This document shows positions 23,801 through 37,300 of a DNA stretch of 64,000 nucleotides, one piece after another. Position numbers and translations under genes: made by a program. The notes under the pieces were generated by a model that made no database searches, was not told the DNA's origin, and saw only the letters and a list, made by a program, of their open reading frames with translations. This DNA is from Sphaerodactylus townsendi (taxonomy: Eukaryota): contig NC_059430.1 in NCBI RefSeq assembly GCF_021028975.2, positions 29,884,001-29,948,000 on the forward strand, written 5' to 3'. Position 1 is the first letter of the stretch, and every line of letters begins with the position of its first letter.

Positions 23801-26800
23801 ATTACAGATCTGCTCCTGGGCGTTCTTTCTCAGAGTTCCTAAAGCAGTGATGGTGAACCTTTTCGAGACCAAGTGCCCAAATTGCAACCCAAAACCCACT
23901 TCTTTATCACAAAGTGCCAACCCGGCAATTGAACCTGAATACTGAGGTTTTAGTTTAGAAAAAATGGTTGGCTCTGAGGCGTGCGTTACTCGGGAGTAAG
24001 CTTGGTGGTAGTCATTGGCTTTGCTTTGAAGCAACCATACAACTCTTCGAATGGGTGAATCATGACCGTAGGAGGGTTTACTCAGAAGCAAGCCCCATTG
24101 CCAGCAACTGAACTTACTCCCAGGTAAAGGATCGCACTTTATTTCTTTGCATGAAAATCAGTGGGGTTTAACAGGGTTAACTACACTGCCTCCCCAAAAC
24201 TAGGTCTTAGATTTAATGCTAATAATTGAGCCCAGCGGCCCAGGCCAGCCTAGATGTGTGTGTGTGGGGGGGCAGTTTCCCCCCCACATGACAAACTTTG
24301 TTTGCGCGTGCCCACAGAGAGGGCTCTGAGTGCCACCTCTGGCACCCGTGCCATAGGTTCGCCATCACTGTCCTAAAGGAACAGAAACCTAGTTCTGAAT
24401 TTGAAAATGGCAACTTTATATCAGAGCCTGGAAAGGAGGAACGGAAAATGGTGGCAGGGTACAGAAGATGTTCCAGTGGGTAATGGAACACCAATGGGAA
24501 GATCTGAAGGAAGTGAGGTAAAGGGTGGTCCCAAAGAGTCCAAGAGAAGTCAACGATCAAAGGCAAGAGTCCTGAACCCATGGCACTTCAGGGGATGAGC
24601 CGGTGGACCCACCATCCAGGATACATGTGACTATAGTACCGTGCCTTTCTCTCTAAGGTGCCAAAATGTAGAAGGCCTCACCTGTCCTAGTACCACAGCT
24701 GTAAACACCGCCCGGAGGTTCTGAAGGTCACCACTTTGCAACTCTGCTATGATTCCTGCATCCAGAAGTACCAATCGGAGGGGGGAACGTGAAGGCTGAA
24801 CTTCCAAAATTAGTGTGTCAAATAGGTCCACCGTGTTAGTCGAGACTTTAAGGTTATCACTGAAGGACTCTGCTCCCTGGACTAGAATATTCCCAGGGTG
24901 CAGGTCAGCATGGACAAAGTTATCAACAAACACCTGAAGGACAGAGAATCACAGCATGACAAACGCAGTCGCACAGCTTCTGAAGTCAAGCGCTCGTGTG
25001 TTAAGTGGAGTGGCCAACACTGAGGAGAACCTCTTTTGTATGAGAGGCCAGACAAAGCATATGAAACTGACTCACAGCATATTTAGTTCAGAGGTCTAAA
25101 TGCACATTATTTGAAAAAAAGGACATTAAGAGATATTCACTTATTTCCAATTAATGCATACTGTCCAGAGACCAGAGGAAATCTGGACCAATCATCTCAG
25201 TGGCTCAGGGCCTGGAATTCTTGTATCCTGCTGGACCCCATCCAAAGATCCTTTGTGTAAAAACCCAATAACTTGACCCTTCCATACAATATGTCTTCTA
25301 TTAACACACTAAAGTTGGCAACGACTTCAAGATCAGCAATGCCAAAATTCTACAATCAAAATACAATACGTAAGTCAAACATACTGCATCATTCATTCCA
25401 GGCATATAACCAGGCTTTCTGGTTGAAGAAAGTGGAATTACATAATGCAGATTTCCAGCCTTCCAGATGATAAGCTAATTGAGCTGACTGCAGAAACAGG
25501 TCAAGACTCTTACCATCTTTAGCAGCATGTCTATGCCCATCTTGGCTAATGTCTTTCGCAGGGCCATTTTGACCTCGGGGCGCAGAAACTGAGATACTGG
25601 TTCAGCTGCCTTTAAAAGAGACCAAATGGAATCAGGAAGGGCCAGTGGCAATCCTTTCTGATACTTCAGGAACATAGAAAAAGCAACGGGTATGCTGTAA
25701 TCAGCATACCTGTGAAGGGCATCACATGGTCTGCACCGGTTTCAGAAAGAGACATTTCCACTTCTCCATTACTGCCTTTCCTCTGTTGAGAAATCTCTCA
25801 CATCAAAAGCTCACACGTGTTTTTTCAGAAGTAATTCACACTGGATTCCAAGAGGTTTACTAATAAGTAAGTAGGCCTAGCAACATCCATTACCTTCCGC
25901 ACAGCTGGACAAAACATTGTCACTGACATTAACGAAGTTGTGGTTTTACATTCAGGAATTGTAAAAAATGCCCAGCCAGACCATAATACCTTGGATATAA
26001 GCTTGTGGATTTGAAATGAAATAATTGAGAGTGGTCACCCTAGCTCCCCGGCCTAAATGGGAACCCACAAAATCCAATTTAATATAAGTAACTTTATTTA
26101 CAATGGATTATTTGTTTAGGTTTCTGCTGTTAGCAAATTGACTTTTGATAGGGCCCCTGGTATGTGCCCTTATTCCACACATTACAATTTCTGGTTATGG
26201 GCTTGACATAAAGTTTCCTGAAAACCAGCCTGGCTTACCCATCCGGCACAGAATTACTTTGCAGCTAAAAAGAGCAATCTGGTGTGTAACCCGTTTCCCC
26301 AAGACAGCAAAGGAAAGACATACTGGTTGCTGCCTTTGCTAGATGTCCAAAGGCTGTGTAGGCAACCACCACCATCAAAGTAAGAACACAAAGACCTTCC
26401 TGCCCCCAACTGGATGTTAACATTTGATTCTTTTCAACAAGGCCAAACTGATCTCCATTATCTCCCTCTATGCAACTTCCCTTGTAGGGTGTGTCTGTTT
26501 AGTCAGTATACCTGAAGATAAAGGCTTGTGTTTCCTGGTTGATATAAGTCGCTTTGAGACAGTGTTTGAAAGGTGGACTATAAATGTAACCCTAAACTGT
26601 TCCCTGACTTGAATGGTTCAGGCTAGCCCATGGATCTGCAACCTGCGGCTCTCCAGGTGTTCATGAACTACAATTCCCATCAGCTCCTGTCAGCATGGCC
26701 AACCCTAACCCCTGGGCTAGCCTGATCTTGTCAAATAGATCTCAGAAGGTAAGAAGGATCAGCCCTGGTTAGTGCTTGGATGAGGAACCACCAAGAAATT

Positions 26801-29800
26801 CCAGGGCTGCTACCCAGATGCAATGGCAAATCACCTCTGTTCATGTCTTGCCTTGAAAGCCCTATGGGGCCATTGTAAGTTGGTTGTGACTGGGTGGCCC
26901 TTTCCACCACCAAACTGTTCCCTTTTCCTTGGTAGCACCAATTGTATGAGGAAGCTTGACTTCTCATAGGTCCAGCATAATATCAGAACCCACAGGAAAA
27001 AAGGCTACCTTGCAAAAGTTAAGCAGGGCTGGATATGGACAGTGTCTGGATTCTGGGAAGCTATCTGGAAATATTTTTGTTCGCCTGCCTTGGGTTCAGT
27101 AATAAACTTAAGGGAGAAGAAAGGCAGAATCTAAATAGATACGAAATGGTTGGTGTATCCAGCAAGAACCACTCCTTTCACTTTGATCACTGCCTGGAGC
27201 AGGAATCCCCAATGTGGGGCCCATGCGTGCTGTGGGGCCCACTGACACCGTTCCTGGTACCCACCAAGTGATTTTAGAAAGTAGGTGGGAAGCAGGTGGG
27301 GCTTTTGTCAGCAAGGTTTCTGACGGGCTGCTGGAGATTCAATCAACTACACAGATTTTTTAAAAAGGCTGCTTTGGCAGCAACTACCACCACAGCACAA
27401 GGAGCTTCACTGTGTGACTGAAGGTAAGCTGCACCAGTTTTGTGGCTGGCCCTGCTTCCTGCAGCACTCATTTCGTGGCTGTGTCAACCACACCATGTCA
27501 GAATTACAAATGTGCCCGCAGGCTCAAAAAAAGTTTGGAGACTCCTGGCCTGGAGCATAAAAGGCTTCCAGAGAATGCAGAAGTTGGTCTGCTCTACAGC
27601 AACATTCTCACCTCAAAGGTCTCCACTAGGATGCTTCTAGTGACAAAAGGGTGAAGCGGAATGGGGAATTTCACAGAATCCTCATCTCGGAAATTACGGC
27701 GAAAACGCTCAAGGTTCCTCGCTTCGTGGCGCAGATCAATCTGAACAGGAAGAAAAGTAGAAATATAGGCTGAGCGATACACCCGACCAAACTATTTCAC
27801 TATTACCTTTTATGACAATTATCCCCAGACAGCCTTTGAAATGTCAGTGGGTGTGCAGGTCTATGTTCCCATGCAGTTTATTCCTGTTCCCTTCAAAAAC
27901 GTGCTCACATACTGGCTGAACAAAGGATGAGCTTACACGGCATCCACCCACGGTTGGAATATTGCACGATGGTAGTGCTACCGTGCTCATTCAGAATTGG
28001 ATCTCCTGTGTAGGCAATCAAAAAAAGAAGGTACAGGGTGACCTAATTCACAGCAGAGGGCTCAGCACAGCTAGCCTGTCTTTGTGGTGCAGCACACACT
28101 GCACGCATAAAACGCTTCAACAGTCTACTTCCACAAATTCAATTAAAGGGGCAAGGCAGTTTTCTCCAGGTTCCTGGCAACATCATCACCGTTGTTACCA
28201 TTATTTTATGAAATCACAGCCACCAGATCTTCAGCCATTGTTGTAATTTATTGAATTTATTGCAGAAGGGAAGGGGAGCGCCTTGGCTTCTCCCCTCCCA
28301 CAACGGATGCTACCAGAAACCATTCCATTTGCTAGCATCGGAGATAAAGGTGAGGGAGCAAGGCCATCTCTACTGGGCATCATTTGACATAGGGTTGCCA
28401 GCAGGACTGGAGAAAAATGTCCTGTCCAGCATGGTGTAGTGGTTAAGAGCAGGTGGCTCCTAATCTGGAAAACTGGGTTTGATTCTCCACTCCTCCATCT
28501 GAGTGGCGAAGGTTTATCTGGTGGACCAAATGTGTTTCCGCACTCCTACATTCCTGCTGCTTGACCTTGGCCTAGTCACAGTTCCTTGGAACTCTCTCAG
28601 CCCCACCTACCTGACAAGGTGTCCATTGTGGGGAGAGGGAGGGAAAGGAGCTTGTATAAAGGTGGCTTGAGGATAGTGATTTTCAGTCATTCTCCGAATG
28701 AAAAACAAGGTGGAGTGAATGGGACTTGCACAAAATGATCTGCTGCTTCAAACTGTAATACTCACAGCCACCCTCTATTTAAAAAATAAAACCTTTAAGA
28801 AAATAATCATAGACCTACATATCACATGCAACTCTGCCCTTGAATACACTGGCTGAAAGACCGTTCATCGACGCAGTGATCAAATGAAACAATCCCGGCG
28901 ATTCGATAAGCAGAGTGTGGGTATATTGTTGTCTGTCAATAATACTGTTGTCTGTTAATAATACTGTTTTGTCTGTTGAAAAAAAAACTGGGAAAGTCGA
29001 AACTGGGACCCTAAATTTAAGGGATGAAGAATGGCAGGAGGGTTTGAACTTTCTGCTGCTGTCTTGGAGGGCTCTTTGCAGGTTCCAAACATTTTTATTT
29101 GCTTGTCTATCATTGTTTCAGAGGGCAGCCATGTCGGTCTGCAGTAGAACAGGTAGATTGGGATCCAGCAGTAGCTTAGAGACCAACAAGATTTTGGAGG
29201 GTACGAGCTTTTGAGAGTGAAGGTTCCCTTTGTCAGATATCAGGTAGCTGAAGAGTTGAGCTTCGACACGCAGAAATCTTATACCCTGGAAATTATGCTG
29301 GTCTCTAAGGCTGACTTAACTCAACTCCAGCTTCTCTATCTTTATTTCAGAAGGAAGATGGGAGAACAGACTAAGATAACACTCCTCAATCCCTTCTTAA
29401 TACTTCTACCTGCACGCTATCATTTTAAATTTATTTTGGCCTTTTCTTTTAGCCTTCAAACCCATTAGCGTGTACACTCATTGGAGATAAAAATATGCAT
29501 CTCAGGAAAAAGAAACTCTACTGTAACCTCCCATAAACACAAAGGACAGAGCGTCGTACAATGTACAAAGGACAGAGTGTTGTACAATCTCGGCTGCCAT
29601 AAACACAGATAAATTGAAACTTTTTTTTACTCTTTCCTGTAAACTGCACACGTGCACAGCTGCATGGTCACCATATTGTGGTGCCACGCAGATAAGGGGC
29701 TGCCCAGCAGGGGGAGCTCTCCCAGGAGGCTCAGTTCCATGCGTTTTCACTGGACTGCTGCACAGCTCCAGGGGACACTAAGAGGGAGCGTTGCCCAGGC

Positions 29801-32800
29801 CTCTTCCATTTAACCCCCTTCCCCTTTGACTGCTCCATCAGTTTGTTTAGATCAGGGGTCTGCAACCTGCAGTTCTCCAGATGTTCATGGACTACAATTC
29901 CCAATTGGCAATGCTGACAGGGGCTGATGGGATTTGTAGTCCATGAACATCTGGAGAGCCGCAGGTTGCAGACCCCTGGCTTAGATCCAGGATTCAGCCA
30001 TTTAATCTGTGTTGTGTTTTGTGAGCTGTATTTCAGCTCTGCTTTTTATTACTACACAGTTGACTGGAAATGTGTTTAAAGCTCACTGTGGTTCAACACT
30101 TTTTAACTTCTGCTACACCCTTTTCCACCAAAAGATCTAAGTGCAGTCAGTCGTGCTGCAGTGGAAGTGATAGTAGTCTTGAATGTCTATGAGAGTTAAA
30201 GAATTGATTTTACGCGAAGCCTTCGTCAAAACCACCATTCTGTGCACTATTAAACACGGTAGCTTGATTAAAGAGTATTTGTACTGCATCAACGACTATC
30301 AGCAAAACTTGCAGACAATCAAAAGAAAAATAATCCACAGCTCCATACAAAACATCTTCCTACCTGCTGAGTCATGAGTTTCTCAAATTCTTCCACAATC
30401 TCGGTTGGACTGAGCCATTTGAGGCCAGGAAAAAGCTCAATGAATCGGCTAGTGACCTTCATCAGAAACAAATCCATTTCAACCTGATGAACCAATCCAG
30501 GATGTAGCACCTAAGCAAGGAACACATGAAGACAGATCAAGTTTTTGGGCACAGAATATATACTGATATAGCATCCACAAGCCAGTCATTACATGCAATG
30601 TTCCTACATACAGTCAATTGACCATGTATATCTTGCTATTGCTGTGAATGCAGAAAAAAATGCAGGAACAAAAGAGAATCCACACAAGTTTTGCTCGCAC
30701 TTTCCTTAGCTCAGTCCCCATGGCTACCATTTTCACCTCTTCCAGAGGGCTTTTTTACTGATTTTTTTAAAAAGTTAATGACTAATAGCTAGTTAGATAT
30801 AGCATTATAATTATCTATTGCAACAATACACTAGCTCCCAGGTTTCATTTTGTTTTCATTTAGCCCTTTTTGTTGTGGAGTTATATAGAGAGATGTACAG
30901 TCAGTATCTTCCCCTTTGTAACTGCAAAGAAAAAGGCCAGAGACTTACTTTTAAAAAGAAAGCTGGAAACTAGCTGTAACAGATTGTTATAACATTGTAG
31001 TACTATAGCTATTGCCTCCCTCAAAAAAAAATCTGGGGTTTTTTTGGGGGGGCGAGGAGGGGGGAAGACAGATTTTGCAGAGATTGAGTTAAGGAATAGC
31101 CCTTCCTCTCTTTCAGGCACTCTACTATTACTGACAGTCACATTGAAGAAGCAATTCAAAAATGTCTTCAGTTTCCATTTCTATCAATAACTACTCCACA
31201 AAATGGAAGCAAAAAGCACACACACTACTGGAGCAAGTGCCATTATCTGAAGGAACAAAAGCATGCCCCCCCCCCCCCCCCCAAAAAAAAAAGACCTCCA
31301 CATTTTTCGGCCAAATTAGAGCTGTAGAAACACAATTACTTTGGCAGTCTCTTGTCAATTTCCTTCTGCAAAGGTAATCTCCCTGGTCAATTTCACTTGG
31401 CCCTAACTGTGGACACATGGGTAGTTTAGTATATATTGACAAAGCTTAGCCAATGGACCCTGCTTCTTATCTCTGCCTCAATGGCAAAGAGAGATAAAAT
31501 AAATCCTTTTAAAATGGAATATGAGGAGGAGGAGAAAATGGCTGAAGGAGAGGTTGGATGATTACACAGGGACATGGATAAGGGCCAGGTGTTTGATGGG
31601 GCAGGGAATTAAAGACCATTTCAACATGATCACATTCTCAAAGGAAACTGGCTTGGATATGGATTTTAAAAATTGCCATGGAAGTTCTTAAGGAACTAAT
31701 GGAGAAAAAAACATGTGGAAATCAAAGACAAAAATGTAGTAGTGGCAAACTTTTTAAAAACTTGTGCGGAAGAGGCTGTATTCTTACAGTTCATATTCAT
31801 AATAAGGCCGCTTTGAAGTCCTATTACTAATATACAAGACGTAGGAACATATCTCCTAAACAAAAAATGGGTAGGATAATATTTGTATGAGCATCCAACA
31901 GCATTTAAGATCATCTGGGAGAATTCTGCAATTTTTTATGGGGGATGAGGTATTATTTTATTGTAATTTATGGATAATTAAAACTAATTTTAAGTTTTGG
32001 GTTTTTTTAGTTGTATATATTTCAGTGTTTGCTTACTTGACCCTCTTTTTGGCCATTCGATTTGTTTTCAGCATTGAATTTTTTTGCCATTGGTGTATTA
32101 ACTCTGGCAGGGAAGAAGAAGAAGAGTTGGATTTATATCCCCCCTTTCTCTTCTGTAAGGAGACTCAAAGGGGCTTACAAGCTCCTTTCCCAAACACCCT
32201 GTGAGGTAGGTGGGGCTGAGAAAGCTCAGAAGAACTGTGATTAACCTAAGGTCACCCAGCTGGCATGGGTTGGAGTGCACAAGCTAATTTACTTCATTTG
32301 TCCCGTTTTTTCCTCCAATGGGAACTCAAAGCGGCTTACAACATTCACCCCTCCTCCATTTTATCCTCACAACAATCCTGTGAGGTAGGTTGGTCTGAGT
32401 GTATGTGACTGGCCCATGGTTACCCAAAAAGTTGCTATGGCAGAGTAGGGATTCAGACTTGGGCCTTCCATATCCTAGGCCAGCGGTTCTCAACCTTCCT
32501 AATGTCGCTACCCTTTAATACAGTTCCTCATGTTGTGGTGACCCCCAGCCCTAACATTTATCCATTTTACAGATGGAGAACACTGATGCAGAGAGTCTTA
32601 GGCGACCCCTGTGAAAGGGTCGTTCAAACCCCAAAGGGGTCCCGTCCCCCAGGTTGAGAACCACTGTCCTAGACCAACGTTCTAATCACTATACTACACT
32701 GCTTCTTCTAAAAGCATATAAGCATGCCCTGGATTGGAGCCATTACTTACTTTAATGGCTACTGGAACAAGCTGATTCCTTTTGGAAGAGGGCGACAACA

Positions 32801-33710
32801 TGCTGGGATATCTGGACATTTGCTCCTGAGAATGTTTGCTCCCATTATCATTTCCATGCTGACCATTATCTTGCAGTAAATAATGGGCACCATCTGCTGT
32901 TGAAGCTTCCTCATGCTTTTCCTTCCAGAGCCACCTAAAGAGTCCCCTGAGCCCAGACACCTGCCAGGCTTTCAAAGCAGAGTCCCCTGCCAAATCCTTT
33001 GAGAGATCTTTACGCAGCGGCTCTCCAAGGGCAGAGATGTCCACGTAGGCTTTATATACCTGGGCAACACAGCCAGAGCCAATGGGTTCCTGGCTTTCAA
33101 AATGGAAAATTTGATCCCAGTCTTTCCCAAAGGCGCTGCACAAAGAATGGTGGGTGTAAGCCCAGGGATGAGGGGTCACCTTGATGTGGAGTTTGGAAAA
33201 TTTGGTGCAGAACTCCTCCGAGAAGAGGTCTCTCCTCGTGCTTGCCCACTGGCCCAGCTTGATGTATGTGGGGCCAGAGGATTCTGTGGCCTTTAGCAGA
33301 AGATGGAACCAGAAGGATGCAAAACCGGAAGACAGGTAGGTGAGTGGGTACAGCCAAAGCAAAGGGCCAAACTTCAGCAACAGAAGACAGACACGGATGG
33401 TTAATGAAACGGCTGCGGCAATATGCCGGAGGAAAGTACTTAAAGGTCCACCATTATTAATGTGTATGCCTACTTCTACGCAGGCTCCTTTATAGGGTCC
33501 ACCTTCGCATCGCACACCCCCAAACAGCCCTTCAGTTCCCCAGGACACTAAAGTGATCTTTGCCAAGGCTTTGGATCGGACCCAGCCCTGAGGCAGGAAC
33601 CTGGCAGGTTCCAGGTTGCCCCCTTTCCTTCCAAAGTACGGCAGCTTTCTCCAGCGGAGAATTCTGACGTTAGAAAGGAAAATCCGGGCAGTCATCTGTA
33701 TGGGAGACAT
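20852..33710 (-). CDS. ADCK2: aarF/UbiB domain-containing protein kinase 2, ~636 aa; coding exons 33710-32751, 30510-30364, 27740-27612, 25609-25514, 24933-24682, 23006-22878, 22211-22158, 20995-20852
   Basis: ABC1/UbiB motifs GPTYIKLGQWASTRRDLF, IGSGCVAQVYKA, VAIKVLHP, QIDLRHEARNL, FVDNFVHADLHPGNILV, LLDAGI, KLESNFASVIFAIMVLEGLGRSLDP. All introns are phase 0 GT-AG. The start codon could instead be the ATG at 33695. Confidence 0.96.
21541..21836 (-). mobile_element. Squam3-like SINE
   Basis: Same family, full length. Confidence 0.85.
23209..23341. mobile_element. Palindromic hAT MITE
   Basis: Same core; TSD GTGTAGAC. Confidence 0.85.
23845..24370. mobile_element. Non-autonomous hAT (Charlie/Buster-type) element
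   Basis: TIR CAGTGATGGTGAACCT / AGGTTCGCCATCACTG; perfect 8-bp TSD TCCTAAAG. Confidence 0.85.
27200..27547. mobile_element. Non-autonomous hAT element
   Basis: CAGGAATCCCCAA...TTGGAGACTCCTG termini; 8-bp TSD GCCTGGAG. Confidence 0.75.
29125..29335. mobile_element. Penelope-like terminal repeat remnant (inverted pair)
   Basis: cttagagaccaacaagattt... and its inverse ...tgctggtctctaagg, resembling the tail-to-tail ends I recall for squamate Penelope elements. Confidence 0.5.
29853..29978. mobile_element. Palindromic hAT MITE
   Basis: Same core with a small central deletion; TSD GTTTAGAT/GCTTAGAT. Confidence 0.85.
32481..32666. mobile_element. SPIN (Space Invader) hAT non-autonomous element
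   Basis: TIRs CAGCGGTTCTCAACCT / AGGTTGAGAACCACTG; subterminal TTCCTAATG..CCCTTTAATACAGTTCCTCATGTTGTGGTGACCCC and GGCGACCCCTGTGAAAGGGTCG; 8-bp TSD TCCTAGGC/TCCTAGAC. Confidence 0.85.
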
Positions 33711-33849
33711 CAAGAGGGGAAGGAAGGGCCGCTGACTTAAATCTCAGTTCTGTTGGCGAATGAGCTCTCCGGAGCTTAAGAGCCGGCAGTTGATATGGAG
33801 TAAAGAAGGCTGCAACGCTGCAATTAAAGGCAATTCCCACCCACGCTCT

Positions 33850-34450
33850 GAACATGTCACGACTTTACATAACACAAATCAAAACACGACCTCCTAGGTT
33901 GCAACGCACGCTTCTTCTTCCACCAGGTCGCCCTGGATCTGGCAGGCCTGCTCATCAGTCGTCTCCAAACCAACAGAAGTTGCCCGGACCCTTCGCCTGC
34001 CTCCTTGCTAACTGGGACCCCCGTTGCCCTGGCCTCGCCTGACTCCCGCGCATCCCAAGACTGCGTGCTTTTTTGCCTTGATCTCCGTCCGGGTCGCTTT
34101 TCGGAAACCGATTCATTCATTCATCTGCGTCGTACTCGTGGCACGAAGCGCGATTTGGCTCAACCTGACAAAGAGGAATTTCTACTCCGGAGCTGCCCGT
34201 CAAGAACTCCACGTGGTCTTGGATGGTTGCTGTCATCATTCGGCCATAGAACGCGGCGGGAGAACCAAAACAATTGCGTGCGTTCCAATGCCCGCCACTT
34301 CCGCCAACAACGCAGGAGGCGCAGGCGCAGACGCCTCCTCTTAAAGAGACAGAGAAGACAGTTGTTGCGTGTTGGTTGGGCTCGCCGCTTGAGTTTTGCA
34401 GTGGTCCACTGCCAGTGGATGTAGGCAGGTGGGCGGGGTGGCATAGGCCT
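33850..34450 (-). promoter_or_regulatory. CpG island / promoter and 5'UTR of ADCK2
   Basis: High CpG density immediately upstream of the ADCK2 start. ETS site CACTTCCG (~34296), GCGCAGGCGCA NRF1-like repeats (~34318-34330), GC box GGGCGGGG (34431). Confidence 0.7.
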
Positions 34451-34711
34451 AGGGTTTTGAGGGGCTCAACTCCCCCAGGTAGAGGCAAAGGGGGCGCTTT
34501 GGTAAAGAAGACTGATATTGTAAAGAGAGTCAAGGGGGATCCCTTGTATATACCCACTCACTTGTATATATCCATACATAAATCAGAGGTATTTAGCACT
34601 CATTACAAAAATACTTAATGAACAGTTTGAAATGGGACCTACATTTTCCATCTGGCCTAAGCCCATTACACGAGCCTGGATGTAGGATATGTGTCACAGT
34701 CGAGCCAGTCG

Positions 34712-35013
34712 AGCAGCAGTGGCATAGGAGGTAAAGAGCTCGTGTATCTAATCTGGAGGAACCGGGTTTGATTCCCCACTCAGCCGCCTGAGCTGTGGAG
34801 GCTCATCTGGGGAATTCAGATTGGCCTGTGCACTCCCACACACGCCAGCTGGGTGACCTTGGGCTAGTCACAGCTTCTCGGAGCTCTCTCAGCCCCACCC
34901 ACCTCACAGGGTGTTTGTTGTGAGGGGGGAAGGGCAAAGAGATTGTCAGCCCCTTTGAGTCTCCTACAGGAGAGAAAGGGGGGGGGATATAAATCCAAAC
35001 TCTTCTTCTTCTT
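34712..35013 (+). mobile_element. tRNA-derived Squam3-like SINE with (CTT)n tail
   Basis: A/B-box head (GTGGCATAGGAGG...GGTTTGATTCCC), central GGGTGACCTTGGGCTAGTCAC and (CTT)n tail; near-identical copies occur elsewhere in the window. Confidence 0.85.
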
Positions 35014-35507
35014 CAATCCAAAGGTTAGTCAGTTTCAGTGGAGCTGAAACAATGAATAATTTTTTGGCACCTTGAAGATGTTAAAGACACCTTAAAGACA
35101 TTTACAGACATGATTTACATTACACATTTACAGTGACGTGAGCCTAGTACATCATCACAGAAGCTGTATGATGAAAGAGCGATGAAATTCTGAAGTGAGG
35201 GCTACTGCTGTATTTAAATGAGCTCTAGCCTGACCATGGTCGTTTTTGCTCTGAGGGAGGGTCTGCCGGTTTCTGTGGGTCTTGTTCCCAAGTCACTGCA
35301 TATGAAAATGCAGTCAAAATTATTTATTTACTTCATTCATACATCACCTGTCTTCCAAACGGGGAGCCAAAGCATTTTACATCATTCGAGCTCCTTCCAT
35401 TTTATCCTCACAGCCCTGTGAGTAGGGCTGCCAACTTCCAGGCGGTAGCTGCAGATGTCCTCCTGGGATCAGCGATCAGGAGAAAATTTGGAAGATGGAC
35501 TCTATGG

Positions 35508-35655
35508 CAGTGGTGGCGAACCTTTGGCACTCCAGATGTTATGGACTACAATTCCCATCAGCCCCTTGCCAGCATGGCCAATTGGCCATGCTGGCAAGGG
35601 GCTGATGGGAATTGTAGTCCATAACATCTGGAGTGCCAAAGGTTCGCCACCACGG
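35508..35655. mobile_element. Palindromic hAT MITE (full copy)
   Basis: 148-bp near-perfect palindrome centred on GGCCAATTGGCC; 8-bp TSD CTCTATGG. Confidence 0.9.
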
Positions 35656-36110
35656 CTCTATGGCATCATGCTCCACCAAAGCTCCTCCCCAAAGCCTGCC
35701 CTCGTCAGGCTTCATCCCCAAAATCTCCAGGTATTTCCCATTCCGGAGCCAGCAATCCTATCTCTGAGGCAGGGGAGGTTGAACCCACGGCTACCACGGG
35801 GCCAAGGAAATCCAGTGGCCTTCTGTGGCAGAGTCGGGATTCAAACATGAGCCTCCCAGATCCTAGTCCAACACTCTAAGCACTCTTAGCCTTTCATCAC
35901 TAGGAAGTCACAACAATCCCAACCATCTCCCTCTCTGCCCCACACTGGGAAGCATGTAGTAATTAATTATTGCCATTTCAACAACAGCACAATATCCAGT
36001 GGTGTGTAGATGCAGCTCCTGCCTCATGTGCATATTGACCACATCGCAAGCCCTTAAACCTCCCTCCAATGAAATGGTGCAGCATTTGTGTGATGAAGAA
36101 TCAGTTCCTA

Positions 36111-36342
36111 CCGTGTTTCCCCGAATATAAGACAGTGTCTTATATTAATTTTTGCTCCCAAAGATGCGCTATGTCTTATTTTCAGGGGATGTCTTATTTT
36201 TCTGTGTTCTGTTTGTCAGGCATGCTTCCAAACAAAAACTTTGCTATGTCTTACTTTCGGGGGATGCCTTATATTTCGCACTTCAGCAAAACCTCTACTG
36301 TGTCTTATTTTTCGGGGATGTCTTATATTAGGGGAAACAGGG
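36111..36342. mobile_element. Tc1/mariner-superfamily (Tc2-like) MITE
   Basis: TA|CCGTGTTTCCCCGAATATAAGAC ... GTCTTATATTAGGGGAAACAGGG|TA, with internal repeats of TGTCTTATTTT(C)GGGGATG. Confidence 0.8.
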
Positions 36343-36554
36343 TATGACCAGCTACATGTTAACAGGGAAATTAAAGCAATTTCTCTGCCTGGCTCACTAT
36401 CCAGTGTTGTTTTTTTTTCAAACGTATGCAAAGCAAGATTGGTAATTTTTATGACAAATGAGTAGATTCCTAACTTTTTAACTAGTGGTTGTATGTGCTG
36501 CTAACATCAGCTTAATGTGAACTGAAGTAAAAGAAAAGGTGACTTACACAGTTG

Positions 36555-37300
36555 GGGCCAAATGTGGCAATAAGAAGGCCAATCAACGATTTTGGGTTGT
36601 ATCAATGGGAATTATAGGCCTAGGATTTAGAGGCTCAGATAAAGTCAGGGATACTTCATCAAGCTCTACCAGCTGGCCAATTGGCCATGCTGGCCGGGGC
36701 TGATGGGAATTGTAGTTCCTGAACATCTGGAGAGCCGCAGGTTCCCTACCCCTGGTCTAGATCAAGGGATGTAATCATACCTCTCTATTCTGCATTGGTT
36801 AGACCTCACCTGGGAATATTATTGTTATTTTTTTTTTAGTTCTAGGTTACCTCAATTCCAAAGAAGGCTGAAATTGACAAGCTGGAACAGGTTCACAGAA
36901 GAGTGTAGCAAAATGGTAAAGGTCCTGGAGTCAATGCCCTGAGGGAGAGACTTAGGGAGCTGGGTATGTTCAGTTTGGTGAAGAGAAGGTTAAGAGGTGA
37001 CATGATAGCCATGTTTAGATATTTGAAGGGATGTCATGTTGGTGAAGGAACAAGCTTGTTTTCTGCTGCTCCACAGACTAGAACTAGGAGTAATAGGTCA
37101 CCTAAACATGAGGAAGAACTTCCTGACCATCAGGGCTGTTCAACAGTGGAATGCACTACCTCAGAGTGTGGTGGAGTCTCCTTCTTTGGAGGTTTTAAAC
37201 AGAGGCTGGATGGCCATCTGTCAGGAGTGCTTTGTGTGTTTCTGCATTGCAGGGGGTTGAACTTGATGGCTCTTGGGGTGTCTTCCAACTCTATGATTCT
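36555..37300 (+). mobile_element. CR1 LINE 3' fragment interrupted by a half-MITE (36673-36753)
   Basis: [24 protein letters not shown] and [28 protein letters not shown]; TATGATTCTA tail. Confidence 0.88.

Noticed and set aside
33854-34618. Several overlapping ORFs, including an Arg-rich one
   Set aside because: By-product of the stop-poor ADCK2 CpG island.
34712-34790. tRNA gene
   Set aside because: The A/B boxes belong to a SINE head; there is no cloverleaf.
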